Sequence record: NZ_CP067021.1
DNA length: 64,000 nt
Source of the DNA: a plasmid
Strand: one strand, 5' to 3'
The notes below the pieces were generated by a model that saw only the letters and a list, made by a program, of their open reading frames with translations, searched no databases and was not told the DNA's origin. A program made the position numbers and the translations under genes. Position 1 is the first letter of the stretch, and the number at the start of each line of letters is the position of its first letter. This document shows, piece by piece, positions 37,793 to 48,474 of this stretch.

Positions 37793-39316
37793 TTACCCCT
37801 TACTTTTCGGTGTTGTTACGTCAGCATCAAAAAAGACTTCAAATACTTTTCCGCTGTTAACGATATACGTAGTTGGTCGAACTGTTGATGTACGTGCCAT
37901 GTTCGCCATTTCCGTACCAACGTTACCAATGATGTTCCCGGCAATTTCTTTATCGTTTGGCTCTTCCTTCGTGCTTACAACATTGCCAGTATTTGTGATT
38001 TGGGTTGTACCCATGTTTTGATAGGCTTGTCCGTACCCCTCAAAGATTCCAGCAGTAACCATACCGCCAAGCTTTTGCAAAGTGTGTTTTTGGACTTTAT
38101 CAGCCATACCCGATTGTTTTGTTCCAAGAGTTAAAGCTCGTACTTGGATTGCATACTCTTCGCCCTTAAACAACATACGGGTAAAGTTAAATTCAATATC
38201 CGCAGTATTCAGACCAACAGTACCAATAAGTTTTGCGCCGTTAAATTTACCGCCAATAACAGTAGCAAATAGGTTTTTACCTTTATCAGTATTCACACCT
38301 GTATCTAAACGCGCTTTCATTGTTGTACCAGCTTTAATGATTGCTAGTCCTTTAGTAGATTCGCTAGTCGTTTTCGCAACGTTCAAGCTTCCAAGGTTTT
38401 GTTGCCCTTCCGATGCTTTAGTGTTGTGTGAATATTTATATGTTGAATATCCGTTGACCTTGTTCTTTGTATTAGAAAACGCAGCAAGTTGATCAACAAA
38501 AGCAGTTTGACTTAATTCACGCGTTGCAACATTACGTTCTGCATTAGCAGCTGCTTGTTGGCCATATACATTAGCAACATCATTAGCAGCAGATGAAGCA
38601 TGTTCATATTGTTGCGCGTAGTTAGTTTGATAAATCGGTGCGTTTTGATTAGCACCGTTTTGTGCTTGTGGTTGTTGTGGTAGACCACCGCTAGTTGGTT
38701 GAGGTAATGCGCCACCATAAGCACCACCTTGATTTGCCATATTAGCTCTGGCCATCTGGTCAAGTTCAAGCGTAATGTTTGGTGTACCACCTTTTGCAGA
38801 ACCGTTTACAGGTTGCCCATTTGGACCTGTAATAAAATTCTGATCGTTCAGATCGCCGTTTGGATCTTGTGTTGCAACTGTTTTAAATTCGGGTAAATAG
38901 CTTTCACCATTTTTGCCAGCTTGAGCAGCTTCTTCAGCTTGTTTTTGACGTTCATATTCTACGTATTCAGGAGGGATAACATTTGTACCCTGTCCTTGGA
39001 TTCCTGGTGTAGCAATAGCAACCTGATTATCTAAAGCTAGTTGGTCACTTTTCCCCATTGGGTTAAACATAAAAAAGCCTAAACCACCAACTACTACCAA
39101 ACCAATAATTGCAACAACGCGAAAGCGCGTATCTGCAAAAACACGTTTTTTGTTAGCAGTTTTAATACTTGTATTTTTCAGTTTTTTAGGTTGGTCTTCT
39201 TCTGAATGAACTTGGTTTGCAGAAATAATAGTTTCATCGGTAGTACCTACTTCAGTGCTACGACTAGAATTCTCTTCAATGTCATTCGGGTTATTTTGTT
39301 GGTTCGTTGAATCCAT
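37793..39316 (-). CDS. DotG/IcmE (TraO)-like VirB10-family core complex protein
   Basis: TM segment, Q/G/A-rich low-complexity middle, conserved VirB10-like C-terminal beta domain; synteny. Confidence 0.65.
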   Translation of the reverse strand: MDSTNQQNNPNDIEENSSRSTEVGTTDETIISANQVHSEEDQPKKLKNTSIKTANKKRVFADTRFRVVAIIGLVVVGGLGFFMFNPMGKSDQLALDNQVAIATPGIQGQGTNVIPPEYVEYERQKQAEEAAQAGKNGESYLPEFKTVATQDPNGDLNDQNFITGPNGQPVNGSAKGGTPNITLELDQMARANMANQGGAYGGALPQPTSGGLPQQPQAQNGANQNAPIYQTNYAQQYEHASSAANDVANVYGQQAAANAERNVATRELSQTAFVDQLAAFSNTKNKVNGYSTYKYSHNTKASEGQQNLGSLNVAKTTSESTKGLAIIKAGTTMKARLDTGVNTDKGKNLFATVIGGKFNGAKLIGTVGLNTADIEFNFTRMLFKGEEYAIQVRALTLGTKQSGMADKVQKHTLQKLGGMVTAGIFEGYGQAYQNMGTTQITNTGNVVSTKEEPNDKEIAGNIIGNVGTEMANMARTSTVRPTTYIVNSGKVFEVFFDADVTTPKSKG

Positions 39317-39337
39317 TTTTACTTCTCACTTAATGAC

Positions 39338-40294
39338 TTAAAATGCGTCTTCGAGGTAAACAGTTTTAGGTGTACCGCCAGTCGTTGAAAATGTGATGTA
39401 TTTCAGATCTTCAGAATCTTCATAACGGAAAATCTTCATACCGTTGTTAGCGCGGAAAGAACTCAAAAAGGCTGGTTGAATAACACCAAAGTTACTACGC
39501 ACATATATATAGCCACCAAACTTCCAAGCACGGACATTAGGAGTATCGGTTCGCATTTCGACAGCACCTTCAGGCGCCAAGCCATCCATAAATTGCAAAC
39601 TCACACCATCTGGAATAATCGATGTTTGATTGCCTGTTGAATACATAGCTTTGGCTGTTGGGCTTCGACCAGGTATACGTGCGTCTACACGAACATCTAA
39701 ATCACGTTGGCCAGTAGCTAACATCAAAATTACTGGAGCACCCAATCCCTTTAATGTGACCGTTACGTTTCCGAAAGCAGCTGGATCTAATGGTTCGATT
39801 GAAAGGATGTTAGTTTCAGGGATTTCGTCTGGCTCTTTTTCGTTTTGCTCACCCAAACCATCTGAGAAACGTCCACGGTCCAAAGAAATCTTTTCAATGT
39901 TCCATGGATTGCCTGAAGAATCGGTAAAGACAATAGTAGATAGCATGCCAGCGCTTAAACGAATTACTGGCGGTTCCTCACCAGGGTTTAATGAAATACC
40001 CAAACTACGGGTTTTCGCTTGTGGCGTATTTACATAAGGACTAGAAAGGCTTCGTTTTTGTTGCAACAAAAGTCCTTTAACTATTTTTGTTTGCTCAGGT
40101 GTGAACTGCAAACCAACAAGGTTGTGAACCTGTCTGTCAATTTCCGATGCTGTATCAACTACCTCAGGTGCAACCAAAGGAGATTGAGCATCCGCAAAAG
40201 TATTCGGGGGCATATCAGCAGCATTAACTATTGTAGTTAATGCAGTAGAAGCAAAAAGAGCCAAAGATAATTTTTTCAATTTCATAAGTTTCAT
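39338..40294 (-). CDS. DotH/IcmK (TraN)-like outer-membrane core protein
   Basis: Signal peptide (MKLMKLKKLSLALFASTALTTIVNA); synteny. Confidence 0.6.
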   Translation of the reverse strand: MKLMKLKKLSLALFASTALTTIVNAADMPPNTFADAQSPLVAPEVVDTASEIDRQVHNLVGLQFTPEQTKIVKGLLLQQKRSLSSPYVNTPQAKTRSLGISLNPGEEPPVIRLSAGMLSTIVFTDSSGNPWNIEKISLDRGRFSDGLGEQNEKEPDEIPETNILSIEPLDPAAFGNVTVTLKGLGAPVILMLATGQRDLDVRVDARIPGRSPTAKAMYSTGNQTSIIPDGVSLQFMDGLAPEGAVEMRTDTPNVRAWKFGGYIYVRSNFGVIQPAFLSSFRANNGMKIFRYEDSEDLKYITFSTTGGTPKTVYLEDAF

Positions 40295-40298
40295 CCAA

Positions 40299-40982
40299 TT
40301 AACGCGCTGGAGTTAACGTAATTGTCTTAACAGCAATACCGTTGTAGTTCAGATAAGAACGTGGATGCTCAACAATAGTAACTGTCGCAATGAAGCGGTG
40401 AGTCTCTTTAGGTTGTTTGTCACCTAAAAAGAATTGAGTAGTGATAGGAACACGAACAGTCCAACTAGGTTCTGCAGCATGTAAATCACGGTTTTCGATT
40501 TGTGGAACATCAGTAGCAGTAGTTCGCATCGTTAGGTTGTTTTGTACGATTGTGCCAACTGTTTGTGATTGAGCGATTTGCTTCATCAATGAATCTTTAC
40601 CGCCCTCAGTGAAATACATTGAACCAGCATTGTTAATAACGTCACGCCAGTTCAAGAAATCAAAGTTGTAGACAGAAAGTATTGCACTCTTACCGAATTC
40701 AGAAATAACAACGTCAGTAACGCGAGGGTTTTTTGATGCTTCGATTGGACAGATAACCGAGTTATCTACTGTTTGAACAGCTTTAACTTTAGGGTATGCA
40801 TTAAAGGCAGCAAAAATAATCATCGCAAGAACAGCACTCACGATAAAAGCGAAAAACACGAAAACAAGCCATCGTCTTAACTTTGCAATCTCCTTATCTT
40901 TTTCATCCACCTGTTTTCTTAGCCAAAGACTAGGATCACAAGAACCTATTTCAGCGTTTTCATTAGATTTGTCTTTAGACAC
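40299..40982 (-). CDS. DotI/IcmL (TraM)-like VirB8-fold protein; proposed GTG start at 40982 with AGGAG SD (the track ORF extends to 41123)
   Basis: Single TM plus periplasmic domain; SD plus GTG in frame; synteny. Confidence 0.5.
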   Translation of the reverse strand: MSKDKSNENAEIGSCDPSLWLRKQVDEKDKEIAKLRRWLVFVFFAFIVSAVLAMIIFAAFNAYPKVKAVQTVDNSVICPIEASKNPRVTDVVISEFGKSAILSVYNFDFLNWRDVINNAGSMYFTEGGKDSLMKQIAQSQTVGTIVQNNLTMRTTATDVPQIENRDLHAAEPSWTVRVPITTQFFLGDKQPKETHRFIATVTIVEHPRSYLNYNGIAVKTITLTPAR

Positions 40983-40992
40983 AACAGCACTC

Positions 40993-41280
40993 CTATTTCG
41001 CTGGCTGATATATAACAGATGGAATTGGACGATCTGATTTAGAGCTAAGCACACACTTAACTGGTGTGCCGTCATCAAAAACCATAGATTCGAAATCTGT
41101 TGTGGTGAGTTTAAAAGCCACAAAACTAAGCGTTGTTAAAACGGTTAAAATGCACAATGAGGCAAACGTACCAACCAACACTCTTAAAAGCCTTGCGTAT
41201 TTTCTTTTACCTATTATTGATACTTCAGCGTAAGGAGAGCCCCATGTTGAAGTAGTCAAATTAGTTTTAGAGTTATCCAT
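40993..41280 (-). CDS. small membrane protein (95 aa) in the IcmM/DotJ position
   Basis: TM helix; ends immediately before the SD of the dotI-like gene. Confidence 0.45.
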   Translation of the reverse strand: MDNSKTNLTTSTWGSPYAEVSIIGKRKYARLLRVLVGTFASLCILTVLTTLSFVAFKLTTTDFESMVFDDGTPVKCVLSSKSDRPIPSVIYQPAK

Positions 41281-42540
41281 TTAGTCAATCACTAAACCCG
41301 ACTTTAATTCGTCCTTATAATAGTCGGTATTAAACTCATTTGCTATATTAAGATCAAAATAATAAAAGGTATCTAGGTTATTAGCTAAAAGTGTTTTAAC
41401 AAATTCATGGCTACCATTAACGTTTTCAATAGAATCTAAAGTAGGCTTTATACTAAAACCACTATGGCCTCTCCACTTTCGCCCATAAAAGTTAGAAGCA
41501 GTATCTTTACCAGCATGTCCAAAAGCACCAGCTATCACAAACTTATCAATACCCTTTACCTTAGCATTTGCAATACATTGATGCCTTGTACTGTATAAAG
41601 TAGGTCGTTGATCTTCATTAGTTAAAACCTTGCCTCTAAGTTTAAAGTAATTGATATAACTTAAACGTAAACGCTCTTGCAGTATTTTAATAAAAGTCTG
41701 TTTTTCATCCCATCCAAAGGTATAGCCACTACTTTTATTTAAACTAGTTACCTTTCTCACATACCTATTTAGCAAGTTCCAGTAAAGGTATATCTTTTCT
41801 TGATCTTCATGTTTAAGGTCATCAAGTATTAAATACCTTTTAAGTCCATTAGCCCGACCATGTGTAGCCTTGCCATTTTCCACAATCATGATCAGTTTTG
41901 GTCCTTTTACTGCACAACAGAATGAAACGGAAAACCACTCAACAGGACGCAATCCAACAACAAGATTGGCATCAACAAAAGCAACCATCATCCGATCAAA
42001 CTCACTAACCCTAGTGTTACTCTCGTTCTTATGTTCGAATTCTCTTACCAAGTAGTTGTAAAACGTGCGTTCAAAGTACTTTGTTTTCAGCTCAGAAGTA
42101 CGCTTAGGTTTGTCCTTGTTAGCTGTATATTTTGTGTTAATGATTCTTAAATATAGTTCTTCTAAAAAATATTCATCAAAACCAGCATCTATATCTTCAT
42201 CATTAATAGAGCCATTATTTAGCTCATTAAGCTTTAGACCGATTCCATATACTAAATATGCACGATAAGTTCTAAATGTAGATTCCGCATAATATCCATT
42301 TTCAGATTTAGTTTTAAATTCAGAATATATGTTTTCATATAACATTTTTAAATCTAGCTCTGAACTATCTAAATGTTTATCAATCTTTTGCTTAAGCTCA
42401 ATATCATATTTAGTCTTAGTAGAATACGGAAAATCTTCTATACGACTTGTATATTCTTTTAATGTCTTTGGATAGCTATTAGGATTCTCAAAACTGCTCA
42501 CCACTACCACCCTTAATCCACATGCAAAACATGAGCACAT
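41281..42540 (-). CDS. tyrosine recombinase (phage-integrase family)-like protein
   Basis: C-terminal box motifs YSTRHQCIANA (R-H) and GHAGKDTASNFYGR (H...Y nucleophile); 419 aa. Confidence 0.5.
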   Translation of the reverse strand: MCSCFACGLRVVVVSSFENPNSYPKTLKEYTSRIEDFPYSTKTKYDIELKQKIDKHLDSSELDLKMLYENIYSEFKTKSENGYYAESTFRTYRAYLVYGIGLKLNELNNGSINDEDIDAGFDEYFLEELYLRIINTKYTANKDKPKRTSELKTKYFERTFYNYLVREFEHKNESNTRVSEFDRMMVAFVDANLVVGLRPVEWFSVSFCCAVKGPKLIMIVENGKATHGRANGLKRYLILDDLKHEDQEKIYLYWNLLNRYVRKVTSLNKSSGYTFGWDEKQTFIKILQERLRLSYINYFKLRGKVLTNEDQRPTLYSTRHQCIANAKVKGIDKFVIAGAFGHAGKDTASNFYGRKWRGHSGFSIKPTLDSIENVNGSHEFVKTLLANNLDTFYYFDLNIANEFNTDYYKDELKSGLVID

Positions 42541-43577
42541 ACTACAACGTTAAACACCTTTCTAAAAGTACTCGTTAAAACGTTTTTCACTTTAAGCAAA
42601 ATGTTTTTCACTTTTAAGCCCAATAAATGCAAATGTCTTTTTTGACTCCTCTCTTGTTAGTACAGTGGAAAAATCAAAAAAATGAAGTTGAGAAATCATA
42701 AAAACACAGTGGGCCTTTTTTACAGTGAAGTGCTTGATATGCGTAGTTTCAATAGTCTTTTGCCAGTGCTGATGCCTTAAATTTTTAGGGATAAATACGA
42801 CTCTAAGCACATCATTATTGCAGTTTAATTGGTGTTTAAGGTGTAAAACTTTATATTTAAGATGCACAGCACTAAACCATAGGGTAGGTTTTTATAAGTA
42901 GCAGTTGTAATGTCTTTAAAGTTTTAAATTAGTAATGGTATATACCAAGATGCATTTTTTCTTCAAACAGTTTTTATCAATTTATTTAATATTAAAGAAG
43001 CTGACTTATAAATAAATTGCATTATCCACATTAATATTTTTATTGTTAATTAAAAAAGTATATAAACATCTTTATTAATGTACTTCTATATTGTAAAATA
43101 TAAATTACAGTATTAACAATATTTTAAGTAAAAAATAAACTAAATCTAGTTTGTTATTTTCTGTATAAAATTTATTCTAAAAAAAGAACAATAAAGATAA
43201 TAAAAAGAAAGAATAAGACTATAAAGGATTATAAAAGACGTCTAGCAAACTATAAGAGCTCATTTACTCTCTACAATTGATTGAAAAAAGTACGTTGTAT
43301 TTCTATTTCAGATAAGTACTACTAAAAAAAAGCATTGTTTTGGACAGACAATGCACCTAAAAAGAGTATTTTTTACAGATTTGTCTTGTTTAGGCCAGGT
43401 ACGACTGCCTAAAGAACGGCCTTAGATATACGTTAAAGCTTATAAATTAGGTTTAAGCGAGTGTCTAAAAGTCGGCTTTATACCTTTTAAGGGGTTTTTT
43501 ATAATTAATAAAGTGCATTTTAAAAGTTTTTAGACTAAAATCATTTTGTCTTTATACCCACTTAATCCGGAGTAAAA
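42541..43577. promoter_or_regulatory. 1-kb AT-rich non-coding spacer between divergent T4SS operons (probable divergent promoters; candidate oriT/site region)
   Basis: Composition; no credible ORF (the 91-aa ORF is probably spurious). Confidence 0.4.
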
Positions 43578-44024
43578 ATGAAGCACAATAAAAAGCTTTT
43601 AAGCGTTCTTGCAATTGGTTTAATGATGTCTGGATGTGCTAGTCGTGATGTAACGCAATTAAACGTAGCAAGCCCTTTATCTATTATATCTGAAGCATCT
43701 CAAGAGGCTTTAATTGCACAACAGAATTTAAAGAACTCTACTGCAATTCAAATGCAAACTGCTCAGAAGAAACAAGGTAGCATCAACCATGACCTTTTAA
43801 ATATCGACTACATAGGCGATCCAATACCTTTAATTAAAAGTATTTCTAGCCAATACGGATACCGTTTTGTAGAAGCTGGTCCTACCCATGAGCTTCCAAT
43901 TGTTAATTTTAATAAAAAGCGTGTTACGGGTGTAGAAGCTTTACGCAATATTTCTGCATATTTAAATACTGCTTCGATAACTCTAGATCATCAAAATAAA
44001 AGTATTTTATTGACTTATAACTAA
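43578..44024 (+). CDS. DotD (TraH)-like lipoprotein
   Basis: Lipoprotein signal with lipobox LMMSGC; 148 aa; first of the dotD-C-B-like trio. Confidence 0.55.
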   Translation: MKHNKKLLSVLAIGLMMSGCASRDVTQLNVASPLSIISEASQEALIAQQNLKNSTAIQMQTAQKKQGSINHDLLNIDYIGDPIPLIKSISSQYGYRFVEAGPTHELPIVNFNKKRVTGVEALRNISAYLNTASITLDHQNKSILLTYN

Positions 44025-44061
44025 CACCCTTTAAATCCTTTTATAAATATCTGGAGTTTTT

Positions 44062-44871
44062 ATGGACTACTCTAATAATGCTTCATTACAAGAGCTACTA
44101 AACCCATCTAACCAGTCTTCTTTAGAAGTTCATGTTAGTAATGTTGAACAGCAAGCTCGTTATGAAGCCATGCTTGAATTGGTTAAGCAAAAAGGTATTA
44201 AGTTAGGGATCAATACGTATTTAAGCAACTCTCGTGAGGTCATCAAAAGCCAAGAGCGTAACCTTGATACAATCTTTAACTTTAAACCTTACATGATCAA
44301 AGGTGTTGTTGTTCCCCCGGTTATTATTGAATCAAAAGATGTAACTGAGACACCTAATGCCATGTCGTACAAGACGACTAAGCAGACTTATAAAATCTTG
44401 AAACAAGCTCGTTTCAGTACTCGTGCACCTGATTGGCGTCAGTACCTTGTTTTCCCTACACTTGATAGCAATGTTGATTACGTGACTTTCATTCCGAAAG
44501 AAATGTTACCAGCTAACGAACAAGAACGAAAAATATGGAAAGAGACTGCTGCTAAGTCTTATGAAATGGGTTTAGTTGAGGGCCGAAATATTGTTGAAGA
44601 TGCAGTAGATCGTCTTAAACGAGATTATTTGGGGATGGTTACTTTCCATAAGTTTGTTTTAGAGGGCAAGTTATCAATGCCAGCAATTAGCAGTCAATCA
44701 CTGGCTGTTACTTCTACACAAGACACTATTGCTCTTGATATGAAATTGCTTCAAATCCAACAATTACCGCAGTTCAATTCAAATATTGAAACTTGGAAAC
44801 CAATTCTCCAACCTGAACAAATTGCACCTAGCTATCAAATTCCAAAAATTAACCTTGTTAGCGAACCTTAA
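44062..44871 (+). CDS. DotC (TraI)-like protein
   Basis: Position between the dotD-like and dotB-like genes; 269 aa. Confidence 0.45.
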   Translation: MDYSNNASLQELLNPSNQSSLEVHVSNVEQQARYEAMLELVKQKGIKLGINTYLSNSREVIKSQERNLDTIFNFKPYMIKGVVVPPVIIESKDVTETPNAMSYKTTKQTYKILKQARFSTRAPDWRQYLVFPTLDSNVDYVTFIPKEMLPANEQERKIWKETAAKSYEMGLVEGRNIVEDAVDRLKRDYLGMVTFHKFVLEGKLSMPAISSQSLAVTSTQDTIALDMKLLQIQQLPQFNSNIETWKPILQPEQIAPSYQIPKINLVSEP

Positions 44872-44898
44872 GTTCGCTAACTCAATTGGAAGTTTTAA

Positions 44899-46194
44899 AT
44901 GCAAATGAAGGTTTCGACATTAAAAGCAAAATCTGCATTATTTGATGTTAACAAGATTAAAGGATCTGAAAATAAGATTCTGACAGCTACCAAAGACATT
45001 CGCAAAGACTACGATTCTAGTCGTGGTTTTGGTTTGGCTACATTAACAGCCATAACGACATACAAAGATCCGAAACAAGGGTTTAAAAGTCGCGATGAAT
45101 TTGAAAGTCTTCTATATGAAGCATTAGCTCATGGTGCTTCAGATATTTTCATTAGTCCAGATCGCCCCATCACAATGATGAAAGACTTGGACTTATATTC
45201 GTTAACACACCGTATTATCAATCGTGATGAAGCTTTACACATCCTAAGAACGATTGCTGATGAAAATGCCTACTTAGTCCTTATTAATAATAAGTTTATT
45301 AATAAGGCATATCGTATTCTGCAGAAAGACGCTTCAGGTAAGGAAACTCGTTATAACTTTCGTGTGAACGTATCTCGAACTTCGTATCGTGGATCTGGAG
45401 ATTCTTTTCAGATAACGTTACGTACAATTTCTGGCATCCCCCCTCACTTTTCAAAAGTGGGTTTAGATGAAGATTTCATCAATAGATCGCTACCTCACAA
45501 TGGTTGCTACATCATCGGCGGTATCACTGGTTCTGGTAAAAGTACAACACTAGCTTCAAATATTCGCTATGTGTTGGAAAATAATACTCATATTCGTGGA
45601 AATATTTTAACTCACAATGAGCCTATCGAATACGAGTATGACGCAATTGAAAGCACACACAGTATTGTTAGTCAAAGTGAAATCCCCAATAACTTCGAGA
45701 CTTTTGCGGATGCAAATAGAGAGGCGATGCGTAGACGTCCTGCTGCAGTTGAAATCGGTGAATTGCGAGATAAAGAAACAATTTCTGCAGCTCTAGAACT
45801 TTCTTTAACTGGCCACCCTGTTTTTGCAACGGTTCACGCAACCACAGTAGACAAAATTATTCCACGTATGTTGAAGCGCTTTAAGCATGAAGAACATCTT
45901 CAGGCTGCAGCTGACATTATTGGTTCAGTTTATACATTGATTGCTCAACGTCTTGTTAAAGATGTGAACGGCAAGGTATTTGCTGTAAGGGAACACTTAA
46001 TTTTATCACCTCAACTTAAAGAACAATTGCTTTTAATTGATGATATTCATGCTCAACAGAAGTTTATTCGAGAGTTAATGATTAATTCTGATGGTTCAGA
46101 TCCAAACATCAGTAAGAGTTTCAGGAAACAAGCTGACGATCTACTCAAAGCTGGTCGTTTGCATGAAGACTACTATTACAAACTGATTTATTAA
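44899..46194 (+). CDS. DotB (TraJ)-like VirB11/PilT-family secretion ATPase
   Basis: Walker A GGITGSGKST, Walker B and His-box regions; 431 aa. Confidence 0.75.
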   Translation: MQMKVSTLKAKSALFDVNKIKGSENKILTATKDIRKDYDSSRGFGLATLTAITTYKDPKQGFKSRDEFESLLYEALAHGASDIFISPDRPITMMKDLDLYSLTHRIINRDEALHILRTIADENAYLVLINNKFINKAYRILQKDASGKETRYNFRVNVSRTSYRGSGDSFQITLRTISGIPPHFSKVGLDEDFINRSLPHNGCYIIGGITGSGKSTTLASNIRYVLENNTHIRGNILTHNEPIEYEYDAIESTHSIVSQSEIPNNFETFADANREAMRRRPAAVEIGELRDKETISAALELSLTGHPVFATVHATTVDKIIPRMLKRFKHEEHLQAAADIIGSVYTLIAQRLVKDVNGKVFAVREHLILSPQLKEQLLLIDDIHAQQKFIRELMINSDGSDPNISKSFRKQADDLLKAGRLHEDYYYKLIY

Positions 46195-46203
46195 GAGGCG
46201 AAT

Positions 46204-46473
46204 ATGGATGATCAATATGCACACTGGTCGCAATTTAGATTAAATCTAATCCTATGGGGCGGTTTAAACGGATATTTGTTTATACCTTTTCTAGCTGTTG
46301 TTATTAAGTTTTCCTTATTCAAACTTATGCTTTTCATCGGCTTGATAGTAGCAACATTGGTTATTGAAAAAGTATTTAAATACAAATACAGCTATATCCC
46401 CTCTGCTCTTAGACGCTTAGTTTTTGGGGGCAATAAATACACTAGACGCGGTAGAAGACGTTACTCGTTGTAA
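46204..46473 (+). CDS. small membrane protein (89 aa)
   Basis: Two TM helices; basic C-terminal tail. Confidence 0.4.
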   Translation: MDDQYAHWSQFRLNLILWGGLNGYLFIPFLAVVIKFSLFKLMLFIGLIVATLVIEKVFKYKYSYIPSALRRLVFGGNKYTRRGRRRYSL

Positions 46474-46484
46474 ATCTTGAAAAA

Positions 46485-47606
46485 TTGAAAGGTAAACTTA
46501 TGAAAAATACTCAAAATGAAAAACCAGCGATTGAAGAACGTTATATTGTTCTAGGTATTGATGATGGACATGGCGGTACAAAGCTTTATGCTGGTCTAGA
46601 TCCAGATGGAAATGAAATCAAACTGACTATTCCTAGTATTGCTTATTCAGGAAAAGTCCTCACTGGCGAAGAGGAATCTACTGACTATTATGTGGTTAAA
46701 GTTAATGAAAACCTTTATACAGTTGGTAAGAAGATCAATAGTAGTGTTCCTCTAGATACCAGAACAGATGAATACCCGACATCTGAATATAACAAGGCAC
46801 TAATACACCAGGCAATTAAGGCCTATATTGACCATATCGGAACATATGATGGTAGAGCGTTTGCAATCGCTACTTCACTTCCTGTTAGTCGCTATTACAC
46901 ACCTGAAAAAACCAAAAACATGCCACTTATTGATATGAAAACTAATTTTCTACTCAATGGTGATGTTTGCTACAACTTAAAAGATCATAAAGCTGGTAAA
47001 CCGCTTAATATCATTAAAAGACATATTGTTAAATGTGAAGCTCAAACAGCTTATTTTAATGAGATTATTGATGTACACGGAAACGGGTCAGAAGATAGTG
47101 ATCTTTTAATAAGTTCTGAATGTGCTGTAATCGATATTGGCGGTAAAACCACTGATATTGTAGTCACATTAGATGGAGGAAACATGCTTGATGGCCATCG
47201 TTCTACATCACGTAACCTTGGTATTCTTACCATCTATGAACGAATCACTAGCTTAATTCTTGAATCTGGCTATAAAACGGTTAACGCTAACTGGCTAGAT
47301 TTCGCACTAAAATCTGGAAATTATGGTATAGGATCTCAAGCCAAAGATATTAGAGGTTTAATTCAGCAAGCTAAAAACGAATTCATGATCGAATTAAATA
47401 ACTTTATCTCTAAACAGATCGGTGGAGGAGATGATTTAGCATTAGTATTATTTTGTGGAGGCGGTGCAGCTTTTCTTGAAAAAGAGATTAAAGAAAAGTA
47501 CGACTTACCGAACGTAAGAATCGCAGAATCACCAGAGTACGCCAATGCTAAAGGTTTATATAAGTTAGCTAAATACATGTATAAAATGTACGCAGAAATC
47601 AAATGA
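46485..47606 (+). CDS. ParM/StbA-like actin-fold ATPase
   Basis: Phosphate-1 LGIDDGHGGTKL and phosphate-2 AVIDIGGKTTDIVV motifs. Confidence 0.65.
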   Translation: MKGKLMKNTQNEKPAIEERYIVLGIDDGHGGTKLYAGLDPDGNEIKLTIPSIAYSGKVLTGEEESTDYYVVKVNENLYTVGKKINSSVPLDTRTDEYPTSEYNKALIHQAIKAYIDHIGTYDGRAFAIATSLPVSRYYTPEKTKNMPLIDMKTNFLLNGDVCYNLKDHKAGKPLNIIKRHIVKCEAQTAYFNEIIDVHGNGSEDSDLLISSECAVIDIGGKTTDIVVTLDGGNMLDGHRSTSRNLGILTIYERITSLILESGYKTVNANWLDFALKSGNYGIGSQAKDIRGLIQQAKNEFMIELNNFISKQIGGGDDLALVLFCGGGAAFLEKEIKEKYDLPNVRIAESPEYANAKGLYKLAKYMYKMYAEIK

Positions 47607-48430
47607 CAGATTCAAACTACATACAACTATCCTATCAATTAATTCACTTAACAAGAGAAGATCTTGATGTGATTAGTAGTGTTAATAGAAATCTACCAGG
47701 TCTAGACTTAAACGCTTTTAGTTTAAGTCTGCTGTATTTGGGATTTATCTTTTGTACTGACAAGCAGAAGATTTTTCTAAATGCGCCAGTGCAAAATGAA
47801 ATAGACGAGATGTTTGCACAGCCTGTACGAATGAAAATAGATAAAAATGCAAATCAAAAACTATTTAATTCAATTAAAAAACATCCTCAAGGAAAGCTTC
47901 GTAGAAATTACATAACTGCTGTTTTACATGCTGGTATAGCGGTTCTAATTGAGCTTTCATACCTTTATAAGTTGTATGAAGTTAATGAGGATATGGCAAG
48001 CCTATATTCTGTCAATTCTTTCCTATTAAGGTTTGGTTTAAGTACTTGTGTTGAAACATACTCCAAGTTTAATACTGCTTACTATGTGTATGATATTGAA
48101 TATCTTGAAAAAAAGTATCTTGATCATATCACCATACAAATACCAGAAAGTAGTAAGGAGAAAAGTGAACAATCACCTAAAAAGCCCGTAACTGATTCTA
48201 TCAAGAGCAAGGAGGTTCCTGTTCAAAAAGCAGTTAAGATAAAGGAAGCTAAACATACTGAACATAAAAACATTCAGGACCACTCCCCTACCGTTGAAAC
48301 ATCTCAAAATACCGAAACATCCGAAATTAACAATGCTAAACCAAGTCAAAACGTATCTGAATCAAAACCAGTAACCAATCCAAGTAATTCGGATTGGCTT
48401 AACAAGACTTTTAATCCAGATCTATTATAA
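47603..48430 (+). CDS. hypothetical protein with S/T/K-rich disordered C-terminus (possible ParM adaptor)
   Basis: ATGA overlap with the ParM-like gene. Confidence 0.4.
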   Translation: MTDSNYIQLSYQLIHLTREDLDVISSVNRNLPGLDLNAFSLSLLYLGFIFCTDKQKIFLNAPVQNEIDEMFAQPVRMKIDKNANQKLFNSIKKHPQGKLRRNYITAVLHAGIAVLIELSYLYKLYEVNEDMASLYSVNSFLLRFGLSTCVETYSKFNTAYYVYDIEYLEKKYLDHITIQIPESSKEKSEQSPKKPVTDSIKSKEVPVQKAVKIKEAKHTEHKNIQDHSPTVETSQNTETSEINNAKPSQNVSESKPVTNPSNSDWLNKTFNPDLL

Positions 48431-48474
48431 AAAAACCGGCAATGCCGGTTTTTTTCATTCAAAGTTTTGAAACT

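Noticed and set aside
41281-42540. Shufflon (Rci) system, as in IncI plasmids
   Set aside because: No pilV-like gene and no clustered 19-bp inverted repeats were seen near the recombinase.
42592-42867. 91-aa ORF in the AT-rich spacer
   Set aside because: It has no RBS and AT-rich random composition, and sits in a probable regulatory region.
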